Assembly (NCBI GenBank): GCA_021414115.1
Contig: JAIOPD010000070.1
Span: 40,879-104,878, forward strand
Direction of reading: 5' to 3'
Length of the DNA: 64,000 nucleotides
From: Planctomycetia bacterium
Lineage (GTDB): Bacteria; Planctomycetota; Planctomycetia; Pirellulales; UBA1268
The position numbers were made by a program, and so were the translations under genes. Numbering within the stretch: the stretch's first letter is position 1; each line of letters starts with the position of its first letter. The notes beneath the pieces were generated by a model, which made no database searches, was not told the origin of the DNA, and was given only the letters and a program-made list of their open reading frames with translations. Below are positions 51,320-59,657 of the stretch, in pieces.

Positions 51320-52609
51320 TCACGCCAGCACGGCCGTGATGGGCTTGCCGTCGTGGCCGATTTTGAAAGGGCGGCCGTTGGGAGCGACGAACTCCTTCTC
51401 CCATGGCAGCCCGCAGGCGGCGGCGATCGTGGCGTTGAAGTCGGCCACGCTGACGGCGTCGCGATCGGGGGAGTGGCCGCGGGCATCGGATGCGCCGTAC
51501 ACCACGCCCGGCTTCACACCGGCGCCGGCCAGCACGCAGGAGAAGACCGCGGGATGATGGTCACGACCGGCATTCTCGTTGATCTTCGGCGACCGGCCAA
51601 ACTCGGTGGCCAGGACGACGAGCGTGGATCGGAGCAGGCCCCGGGCCTCGAGATCCCCGAGCAATGACGCCATGGCGGTGTCGAGTTCGCCGACCTTCTC
51701 GGGCAGCTCCTCCCAGAGATCGCGGTGCATGTCCCAGCCATTCATCTCGACCTCCACGTACCGCACGCCCGACTCGACGAGCCGTCGGGCGAGCAGGCAG
51801 CCCTGCCCGAGCCGGGAGCGGCCATACCGCTCGCGGGTCGATTCGTCCTCCCGCGAGATGTCGAAGGCGGCGAGGTCGCCGCTGCCCATCAGCCGGACCG
51901 CGTCGGCATACATGCGGTCATAGGCCTCGATCTGCCGGCCCGCGTACTGCTGCTTGAAGTCGTGGTCGATTCGGTCAGCGAGCGCGAGCCGGCGCTCGAA
52001 GTTGGCCTGCGACAGATAGCCGGGTCGCGTGATGTTTTCCAGCCCCCGCTCGGGGTCGGCGATCGGCACCGGCGTGAAGGCCGGATCGAGGAAACCGCAG
52101 CCCGGATGCTCGTTGCCGTTGCCGACGAGCACGTAGCCGGGGAGATCGCGACTCCGCTTCCCCATCACGTGCACCGCCCACGATCCGAGCGCTGGATGGC
52201 GGATGCTGTTGATCTGCGGGTAGCTGGTTCGCATGAGATAGGTGCCCTGCTCGTGGGCGCCGGTCTCGGTGGTCAGCGAACGGATCACGGCCAGCCGGTC
52301 GGCGAGTCCGGCGAGCTGCGGCAGATGCTCCCCGAACTGGAGGCCCGGAATCGACGTGGCGATCGCCTTCGTCTCCCCCTGCTCCTCGCGGCCGGGCTTG
52401 GGGTCGAAGGTGTCGATGTGGCTCATCGCGCCCCGCATCATCAGGGCGATCACGTTGATGCCGGACGGCGGGAGGGCCGGCTGATCGGCCACGAGGGGCT
52501 TGCCGGCGACCCCGTCGAGAAGCGTGAGCCCGAAGGCGGCACCGGCGGCGCGGCCGAGAAAGGACCGCCGCACGAGCGGGTCGTCGTGGAGCACGAGGCG
52601 GGACGTCAT
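51320..52609 (-). CDS. DUF1501 domain protein (sulfatase-like fold) with TAT signal
   Basis: Starts at the ATG at 52609 (MTSRLVLHDDPLVRRSFLGRAAGAAFGL, twin-arginine motif). Also MSHIDTFDPKP and GRDHH. Confidence 0.88.
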   Translation of the reverse strand: MTSRLVLHDDPLVRRSFLGRAAGAAFGLTLLDGVAGKPLVADQPALPPSGINVIALMMRGAMSHIDTFDPKPGREEQGETKAIATSIPGLQFGEHLPQLAGLADRLAVIRSLTTETGAHEQGTYLMRTSYPQINSIRHPALGSWAVHVMGKRSRDLPGYVLVGNGNEHPGCGFLDPAFTPVPIADPERGLENITRPGYLSQANFERRLALADRIDHDFKQQYAGRQIEAYDRMYADAVRLMGSGDLAAFDISREDESTRERYGRSRLGQGCLLARRLVESGVRYVEVEMNGWDMHRDLWEELPEKVGELDTAMASLLGDLEARGLLRSTLVVLATEFGRSPKINENAGRDHHPAVFSCVLAGAGVKPGVVYGASDARGHSPDRDAVSVADFNATIAAACGLPWEKEFVAPNGRPFKIGHDGKPITAVLA

Positions 52610-52653
52610 GGCGTGGTCTCCCAAAAACCGCGGTGGATTGGCACCGTCGGTTC

Positions 52654-54630
52654 CTACTGGATGAAGATGAACTCGCGGGTGTTGAGCAGCGCCCAGATCA
52701 GGTTGCCGCAGCCCGTGGCGGGATCGGCGGCGGAGGCGATCTCGTCGCGGGCCTCGCGGCGATCGTCGGCCGCGGGCTCGTGGGAGAGCACCGACAGAAA
52801 GATCACGTCGACGGTCTCTTCGGGATCGTGGCTCATCACGGTCTCGTAGATCACGGAGCCCTTCTCGAGCATGGCATGCGTGATCGGCCCGTTGAACATC
52901 GCGAGGATCTGCGGGATCGTGGGCACGGTGCGGCCCCCCTCGATCGTCTCGCGGTCGCTCTGGCCGAACTGCCGGAGGAAGTGGCCGAGCGGCAGCGGCG
53001 TGGGCATCTCGCTGGCCTTCATGAGCCACTGGCCACGGTAGCCGCAGTTCTGCTGGAGCATGCGCTGGTAGCGGCCAGGGCCGTAGCGGTCGAAGAAGGC
53101 GTCGAACTGCCGCTCCACGTCGTCGAGCGACGCCTGCCGCAGATCGACGCTCGCGACCTCGGCGATCTCGGCGGCGGCGGGCCGCTGCACGCTCCAGGGA
53201 TTGCGGGCGACGAGCGTCACGATCGAATCCCAGAGCTGCTCGGCCGTCATCCGCCGCAGGGCCGGGCCCGTGAAGCGAAAGGGCTCGGCCGCGGTGGGAT
53301 CGTGGATCACCGCCCGCCGCTGGTAGGCAGAGGTCGAGACCACGGCGCGGACAAACTCACGGAGATCGAAGTCGAGTCGCAGGACGAGGTCGGTGAGGTG
53401 CTCGAGCAACTCGGGATCGCTCGGCGGATTCTCCTTGCGGAAGTCGTCGTCCGGCTCGACGAGCCCCACGCCCATCACCTTCTTCCACATCCGGTTGGCG
53501 ATCGTGCGGGCGAACTGCCGGTTCGTCCGCGCGACCATCCAGCTTGCAAACTGCTCCCGGCCGTCGGCGTTTTTCACACTCGCCGGCACCGACCCCCAGA
53601 GGAGTTTCTTCGTGACGGGCTCCAGCGGCTTCGCGTCGTCGTATTGATAGTCGTGCGGCAGCCGGAGCGGACGGTCCTGAAAGCTGACGCCCGTCGCATT
53701 GGCCTGGATGAACTGAATCAACTGCGCCGCCTTGCGACCCCTGGATTCCTTGGCCTCCTTGACGAGCGCCCGGACGGCCGGCGGCGGGACGGGCTTGGCT
53801 TCCTTGCCGGGCTTGCCAGGCCGCATGGCGGCGCCCAGCCGCATTTTCGTGCCCGCCGTGAAGGCAGCCAGTTCGTAGAACTCGTGCTGCGTCCAGCGGT
53901 CGAAGGGATGGTCATGGCACTGGGCGCAGCCGATCTGCGTGCCGAGCAGCACGCGCACGGTGTTGTCCACATAGGGCAGCGGCATGCCGTCATCGCGGAG
54001 CTGGAAGCCGACGGCGGGGTTTTCCCAGAGCCGGCCGTCGGCGGTGAGCATCTCGCGGACCCAGTCGTCATAGCGCTTGTTCGTGCGGATCGAGTCCTTC
54101 ACATAGGCCAGATACGGCTCGAAGATCAGGTTTCGCTGCGGCCGCTCGGTGAGCCGGAGGATGTCGGCCCAGAAGTTGTAGAAGTGACTGACATAGTCGG
54201 GGCTCGCCAGCAGCCGCTCGATGAGAGCATCGCGTTTGTCGGACGAGTCGTTCTGGAGAAAGGCGACGGTCTCGTCATAGGTCGGAATCCGTCCGGCCAA
54301 CTCGAGATGGATGCGGCGGACGAACTGGGCGTCGTCGAGCGAAGGCGACGGCACGACGCCGTACTCCTGCCAGCGGGTCGCGAGAATCGCGTCGATCGCG
54401 GCGGCCTGTGCACGGACCTTGTCGCGACGGCGGGCATCGACCGGTGCGACGTCCATCGCAGGTCGGTTCGGGGCCGCCGTCACCGCCTTCGGCAGGCCGC
54501 CCTTGCGGTCCGCTGAGGTGTCGGGCTTCGCACGGTTGGCCGCCAGGGAGACGACCGCCCCCGCCACGATCAGGCAGGCGGCGAGCGCCGACGCGACACG
54601 CTGCGAAATCGGCACCACCTTCAACCGCAT
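52654..54630 (-). CDS. DUF1549/DUF1553 domain protein (PSD1-type)
   Basis: Starts at the ATG at 54630 (MRLKVVPISQRVASALAACLIVAGAVV). Contains FVRRIHLELAGRIPTYDE and GCAQCHDHPFDRWTQHEFYELAAF. It is the usual partner of DUF1501 in Planctomycetota. Confidence 0.88.
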   Translation of the reverse strand: MRLKVVPISQRVASALAACLIVAGAVVSLAANRAKPDTSADRKGGLPKAVTAAPNRPAMDVAPVDARRRDKVRAQAAAIDAILATRWQEYGVVPSPSLDDAQFVRRIHLELAGRIPTYDETVAFLQNDSSDKRDALIERLLASPDYVSHFYNFWADILRLTERPQRNLIFEPYLAYVKDSIRTNKRYDDWVREMLTADGRLWENPAVGFQLRDDGMPLPYVDNTVRVLLGTQIGCAQCHDHPFDRWTQHEFYELAAFTAGTKMRLGAAMRPGKPGKEAKPVPPPAVRALVKEAKESRGRKAAQLIQFIQANATGVSFQDRPLRLPHDYQYDDAKPLEPVTKKLLWGSVPASVKNADGREQFASWMVARTNRQFARTIANRMWKKVMGVGLVEPDDDFRKENPPSDPELLEHLTDLVLRLDFDLREFVRAVVSTSAYQRRAVIHDPTAAEPFRFTGPALRRMTAEQLWDSIVTLVARNPWSVQRPAAAEIAEVASVDLRQASLDDVERQFDAFFDRYGPGRYQRMLQQNCGYRGQWLMKASEMPTPLPLGHFLRQFGQSDRETIEGGRTVPTIPQILAMFNGPITHAMLEKGSVIYETVMSHDPEETVDVIFLSVLSHEPAADDRREARDEIASAADPATGCGNLIWALLNTREFIFIQ

Positions 54631-54675
54631 GAGGTCACCTCGATCGCATCCGGGATACGTGACATCGGGCGCCGG

Positions 54676-54782
54676 GGAAGCCCGGAGCGCGAGCGACGGG
54701 TAAACGGGTCGCCGTCCGGAGCGGTGCCGCGGAGCGGGTTGGGGTGGCGGACGTATACCCCGCGCTCGCGCTTGGGGCTTCC
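54676..54782 (+). repeat. Family-1 rod-hairpin intergenic repeat, copy E
   Basis: GGAAGCCCGGAGCGCGAGCGACGGGTAAAC...GTATACCCCGCGCTCGCGCTTGGGGCTTCC. Lies between two same-strand (minus) genes. Confidence 0.85.
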
Positions 54783-54937
54783 TGAACAATGCATGCCGCC
54801 CTCGGCGAACCAAACCGGTTTTGTCTTTCTCCCGGCCGCATCCGCCACAAGGGTCGCGAAAAACAGGAACCTATGAACATCACGGATGCACCTTGACCTT
54901 CGCCTGCGGCTCGAAGCCTGCCTGTTTCGACACCGAT

Positions 54938-57900
54938 TTAACGGTGCTGAAACGGAAAGGTTTCGTCGGACATCACCCGAGCCCCCGCCCGGGCCACGGT
55001 GGCCAGATCGTCGCCCCCAGGCCGTCCGCCACGGAGCCGGGCGAGGGCCAGCCGACACCACGCATCCGCCGGGGCCAAGACGCGGTCGTCGCCGGCGGCA
55101 TCGGCGTGGTGGGCCACGGCCAGCACGCTCACGGCGTCTCGGGCGTCTGCGGAGAGTTGGCCGATTTCGAGCTGCCGCTCGGCCAGGCTCCGGCCGTGTC
55201 GGCGAATCGCCCGGTCGATGCTTCGGGCGGTCACGAGAAGGCTCTGGCGTGCCGCCCGGGCATGATCGCGGAGGCGGCGGTCGAGGATCGCCGCATCCTG
55301 TCCCTGACGGCCACCGGACGTGGCCACCCGCCAGGCGAGCCACGCCCCCGCCCGCCGCCAGGCGGCGGCCTCGCGGCCCAGCGCGGCCAGCGGGTGGCGT
55401 TTCGCGATTCCCTTGAAGAGCGCGAGGCCGAGCAGGTCGCTCTCGCCTTCGTAGACCGTGACGGCGAAATGGTCGTGCAGCGAGTCGCCCAGTGGATGAC
55501 CCACGAGAAACGCCCGGCCGCCATGCACTCCCAGCGCGTCGATGGCGGCATCGCGGACGCAGTGGCTGGCGACCACCTTCGCCGTGATCGCCTCCCACTC
55601 GCCGCTCTGACCGGCATCGATCGCTGACGCAGCCCAGGCGGCGAGTGCGTCACAGGCCACGATCGACGCCGCGATCCTGCCGAGCCGACCCTGGATCAAC
55701 TGCCGCGATCCGATCGGCTGCTTCCACGTGATGCGACGGGCCGCGTGGTCGCGGGCCTGCGCGAGCAGGAGCCGGAGCGTGCCGGCGGCCTGCGCGGCGA
55801 GCGTGACGCGTCCCCGATTCAAGCCGTGCCAGACGATTCGCATCGCATCGCCCGACGACCCGGGATCGAGCACGTCCTCCGGGGTGATCTCGAAGCCCGT
55901 AAACTCAAGGGCCGCGTTGTGGGCATGCTTGAGCGGATGCAGCGCATACCCGCGCAAGCGAAACGTGGCCGTGTCGGCGTCGGGCAGCCGCGCGAGCACC
56001 ACCACCGGCCGGCCGTCGAGCACCGCGAGCACCTTCACGAGCCGGCCGTGGGTCGCGCCGGTGATGAACATCTTGGTGCCCGTGAGCAGCAATCGGCCGG
56101 AGCGGCGCTCGACCGTCGCCTGCACCCGCCCGAGGTCGCAGCCGGCGTCTGGTTCCGTGGCACCAAAGATTGAGAGCTGCCGGCCCGTGGCCAGGTCCGG
56201 CAGCAGACGCGCCTGCTGCGCGGCGGTGCCGAAGCCGGTAAGGGCCGAGACCGCGCCGATCGACGAATGCACCGAGAGCATGCCGGCCGCCGTCGGCACG
56301 TCGGCCGCCACCCGCGTGATCGCGCGGGCGAGGTCGAGCATCGATCCGCCGGAGCCGCCGAAGGCCTCGGGCACGGCGAGCCCCCACAGGCCGGCCTCGC
56401 CAAGCGCCGCTTCGGCCCGCAGGGAAAAGACGCCCGTCGGCGCAGGGGGAGCGTCGTCGAGCGGGGCGACGGCACCGGCTGCGACAAGCGGCTGATAGAG
56501 CAGGCGGTCGGTGCGAAGCCGGGCGATCTCGCGAGCGGCACGATCGAGCACGGCCTCGATGCGGTCGGGCAGCGGCGCCGCCCCCAAAGAAGCCGCGGCC
56601 GCGAAGCCGCCGTCAGCGCCGCACCAGACCGCGTCGGCGAGCCAGGAACTCTCGCGAGACTTGGCTGGAGCGTCGGTCATCGGCAGTTCGACTCCGGGGG
56701 CACGGTCTCCGACAGTCTGAGCGATCACGTCGGCAAAATGCCTGGCGATCGCGTCGCGGCGAAGCTTGAGCGATTCCGTCGCCTCACCGTGCGCCGCATC
56801 AAAGGCACGACCCACGAGCACATAGGACGCGACCCGCCAGGACCGGGGCAGGTCCCGCTGCCGCCGCGCCAGCCGCCGCGCGAGCCACTCGTGCACCCGC
56901 GGATGCGCCAGAGCATGCCGCCGACTGACGACCCGCAATCCCATCCGGCGGATTGCCGCCCGCAGCACGTCGGGCTCCGGCACCACGAGGGCGACGGGCC
57001 TCGAGCCGCCGACGCTCACGACGCACACCTGCGCGACCGCGTCGTCTTCCGCGAGCGACGCCTCCACGGCCGCGGGCGGAATCTTGACGCCGGTGGCGAG
57101 CACGAGCGTGTCGCGGAGGCGACCAGTGATCTGCACGTGCCCCGCTTCGTCGATCGCGGCCACGTCGCCGGTCGCGAGCCATTCGTCGGCCGAGTCATCC
57201 GGCTCCGGCGACCGAGCACCGGGGGACGTCCTCGTGGGATCGAGGATGCCCAGCGCCCTGCTGGGTGTCTTGACGAGCAGCTGCCCCAAGGACTCCCTCC
57301 GCGTATCGATCCGCACCTCGACGCCCGCGATCGGCGGACCGATCATGCCCGGCCGCGCGATCCGCGGATTGCCGAGAGCCACCACCGGGCCGGCTTCGGC
57401 CAGCCCGTAGCCCTCGACGAGCGGCACTCCCCGGGCGTTGAAAAAATTAGCCGTCCGGCGGCGGAGCGGCGCGCTTCCCGACACGCACACGCGCACGCTC
57501 CCGCCGAGACCATCCCGCAGGTCCGCAATCCGCCCGGAGATCACGCCGCGTTCCAGCCGCTCGAAGAATGCGGGCACTCCAAGAATGACCGTCGGTGGCA
57601 ACGCCCGACAGGCCTCGAGCACGCGGGTGCGCTCGCGGACGACGTTCAGGCAGCCGCCACGGACTATCGCTGTGTAAAGATCACCCGTCCGGGCAAGCGC
57701 ATGGCTCATCGGCAGCCACGAGAGTCGCACGTCCCGAGGATCGTCGAGAAACATCTCGGCCGCTGCGATCGCGTTGGCGGCCAGCGCCGCCTGCGAGTGC
57801 ATCACGCCATGGGGCACGCCCGTCGTGCCGGATGAGAGCAGGATCGTGCCGCATGCTCCGGGATCGCACGCCGCGGCGTGCCGGTCGATCGCGGCCCGGA

Positions 57901-58432
57901 GCGACGCCGACTCTGCCGCCAGTGGCCGCCAGCCGCCGGCGGCAAGAGAAAATCCGGCACGCGACCCGCCCGGGGAAAGATCGATCGCGATCCGTGGGGC
58001 CATGTCGGCGGGTGTCACGCCCCCCACGCCGCGGGCTCCCGAGAAGATCACGCCGCGCGGCTCGAGCCACCCGCACTGCGCGAGATGCTCAGCGCGGCTG
58101 GCGTCGGCATGGAGGGCCACATGCACCACGCCCGCCACGGCACAGGCCAGATCGACGACGATCCAGTCGGGCGCATGACTCCCGAGATGAACGACGCGAT
58201 CACCCCGCGCCAGGCCCGCGGCGGCGAAGCCATCGGCCAGGCACACGGCAGCGGCGATGACGTCGCCCCAGGTCCAGACGGCGGCGTCTTCTGCCAACCC
58301 GTCGACGATCGCCCGCCGGTCGGGGGCTTCGGCCAGGAGCGTCCCGAGCAGGTCAACGAGCGACGTCGCCCGCCGGTCATCCCTTGGTGGCTGCAAACGC
58401 GGCTCGATCTTCGGCAGCGCGAGTGGGTGCAT
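54938..58432 (-). CDS. fusion protein: AMP-dependent acyl-CoA synthetase (FadD-like) + acyl-CoA dehydrogenase (FadE-like)
   Basis: Starts at the ATG at 58432 (MHPLALPKIEPRL). The N-half carries LLSSGTTGVPHG, EGYGLAEAGP and LATGDVAAIDEAGHVQITGRLRD. The C-half carries GLWGLAVPEAFGGSG, FGATEPDAGCD, KMFITGA and VYEGESDLL. It is one uninterrupted 1164-aa frame. Confidence 0.85.
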   Translation of the reverse strand: MHPLALPKIEPRLQPPRDDRRATSLVDLLGTLLAEAPDRRAIVDGLAEDAAVWTWGDVIAAAVCLADGFAAAGLARGDRVVHLGSHAPDWIVVDLACAVAGVVHVALHADASRAEHLAQCGWLEPRGVIFSGARGVGGVTPADMAPRIAIDLSPGGSRAGFSLAAGGWRPLAAESASLRAAIDRHAAACDPGACGTILLSSGTTGVPHGVMHSQAALAANAIAAAEMFLDDPRDVRLSWLPMSHALARTGDLYTAIVRGGCLNVVRERTRVLEACRALPPTVILGVPAFFERLERGVISGRIADLRDGLGGSVRVCVSGSAPLRRRTANFFNARGVPLVEGYGLAEAGPVVALGNPRIARPGMIGPPIAGVEVRIDTRRESLGQLLVKTPSRALGILDPTRTSPGARSPEPDDSADEWLATGDVAAIDEAGHVQITGRLRDTLVLATGVKIPPAAVEASLAEDDAVAQVCVVSVGGSRPVALVVPEPDVLRAAIRRMGLRVVSRRHALAHPRVHEWLARRLARRQRDLPRSWRVASYVLVGRAFDAAHGEATESLKLRRDAIARHFADVIAQTVGDRAPGVELPMTDAPAKSRESSWLADAVWCGADGGFAAAASLGAAPLPDRIEAVLDRAAREIARLRTDRLLYQPLVAAGAVAPLDDAPPAPTGVFSLRAEAALGEAGLWGLAVPEAFGGSGGSMLDLARAITRVAADVPTAAGMLSVHSSIGAVSALTGFGTAAQQARLLPDLATGRQLSIFGATEPDAGCDLGRVQATVERRSGRLLLTGTKMFITGATHGRLVKVLAVLDGRPVVVLARLPDADTATFRLRGYALHPLKHAHNAALEFTGFEITPEDVLDPGSSGDAMRIVWHGLNRGRVTLAAQAAGTLRLLLAQARDHAARRITWKQPIGSRQLIQGRLGRIAASIVACDALAAWAASAIDAGQSGEWEAITAKVVASHCVRDAAIDALGVHGGRAFLVGHPLGDSLHDHFAVTVYEGESDLLGLALFKGIAKRHPLAALGREAAAWRRAGAWLAWRVATSGGRQGQDAAILDRRLRDHARAARQSLLVTARSIDRAIRRHGRSLAERQLEIGQLSADARDAVSVLAVAHHADAAGDDRVLAPADAWCRLALARLRGGRPGGDDLATVARAGARVMSDETFPFQHR

Positions 58433-58442
58433 CACGGCGTGT

Positions 58443-59657
58443 TTACTCCACCCGCTCGAAGAGCACGGCGATGCCCTGACCGAGGCCGATGCACATCGTC
58501 GCGAGGCCCAGCCGGCCGCCGCCGTCGCGCATGGTGTGCAGCAGCGTGGTCGCGATCCGTGCGCCGCTGGCCCCGAGCGGATGACCGATCGCGAGCGAGC
58601 CGCCGCGGACATTGACCCGCTCGGAGTCGAGTCCGAGTGAGTCGATGCAGTGGATCGCCTGCGCGGCGAAGGCCTCGTTGAGCTCGACCACGTCGATGTC
58701 GGGAAGCGTGATGCCCTGCGTCGCGACCCGCGCGAGCAGCTTCTGCGTGGCGGCGATCGGGCCGGTGCCCATCGCCGCCGGTGGCACGCCCACGACGGCG
58801 GTGGCCACCACGCGGGCCAGCGGCAGAAGCCCCTGCCGCGCGGCCTCGGCCTTCGACATCACGAGCAGCGCCGCGGCGCCATCGCTCACAGGCGCGCTGG
58901 TCGCCGCGGTGACCGTGCCGAGCTTCGGGAGGAACGCGGGCTCGAGCACCGCCATCGCCTCCAGACTCGTGTCGCCACGGATCGACTGGTCGCGAACGAC
59001 CTCGAGGAGGCCGCCGCTCTCGTCGTGGCCGATCACGCGGACGATCTCGTCGTCGAAGAGCCCCTTGTCGTCGGCCCGGGCCGCCTTGCGATGGCTCGCG
59101 AGGGCGTATTCCTCCTGCCGTCTCCGCGAGAGGCCGTGGGTCGCCGCGAGATGCTCGGCGGTGAGCCCCATCGAGAGCATGCCGCGGCTCGACCGCGCGA
59201 AGGCCCGGGGATGGATGTCGATGGCCGACTCCATCGGCAGGTGGTGCATGTGCTCGACACCACCCACCACCTGCACGTTCTCGGCGCCGGCCGCGATCGC
59301 GTGGCAGGCCTGGGCGAGCGCCTGGAGCGACGATCCGCAGAGCCGGTTGACCGTCGTGCCCGCGGTAGCGAGCGGCAGGCCCGCCAGCAGCGCCACCGTG
59401 CGGGCCACGTTGCCGCCGAGTTCGCCCCGCTGCTGCGTGACGCCGAGCACGACGTCCTCGATTGAGTGCGGATCGACGCCGCTTCGCTCGACGACCGCCT
59501 GGACGACGGCAGCGGCCAGTTCATCACCGCGGACGTGGCGAAACACACCCCGCTCGGGATGCGCGCGACCGATCGCGGTGCGGCAGCAGGCGACGACCAC
59601 GGGCGTGGTCGCCGGATCACGGTCGCTACGTGGCGGGTTGCCGGCCATGGGTCTCAC
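58443..59657 (-). CDS. acetyl-CoA C-acyltransferase (thiolase)
   Basis: Contains NRLCGSSLQAL (active Cys) and the C-terminal GLATMCIGLGQGIAVLFERV. The GTG at 59657 overlaps the upstream stop; an alternative ATG lies at 59648. Confidence 0.92.
   Translation of the reverse strand: MRPMAGNPPRSDRDPATTPVVVACCRTAIGRAHPERGVFRHVRGDELAAAVVQAVVERSGVDPHSIEDVVLGVTQQRGELGGNVARTVALLAGLPLATAGTTVNRLCGSSLQALAQACHAIAAGAENVQVVGGVEHMHHLPMESAIDIHPRAFARSSRGMLSMGLTAEHLAATHGLSRRRQEEYALASHRKAARADDKGLFDDEIVRVIGHDESGGLLEVVRDQSIRGDTSLEAMAVLEPAFLPKLGTVTAATSAPVSDGAAALLVMSKAEAARQGLLPLARVVATAVVGVPPAAMGTGPIAATQKLLARVATQGITLPDIDVVELNEAFAAQAIHCIDSLGLDSERVNVRGGSLAIGHPLGASGARIATTLLHTMRDGGGRLGLATMCIGLGQGIAVLFERVE

Noticed and set aside
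52633-54516. 627-aa plus-strand ORF
   Set aside because: It is antisense to the DUF1549/DUF1553 gene, which carries the CAQCHDHPFD motif on the minus strand.
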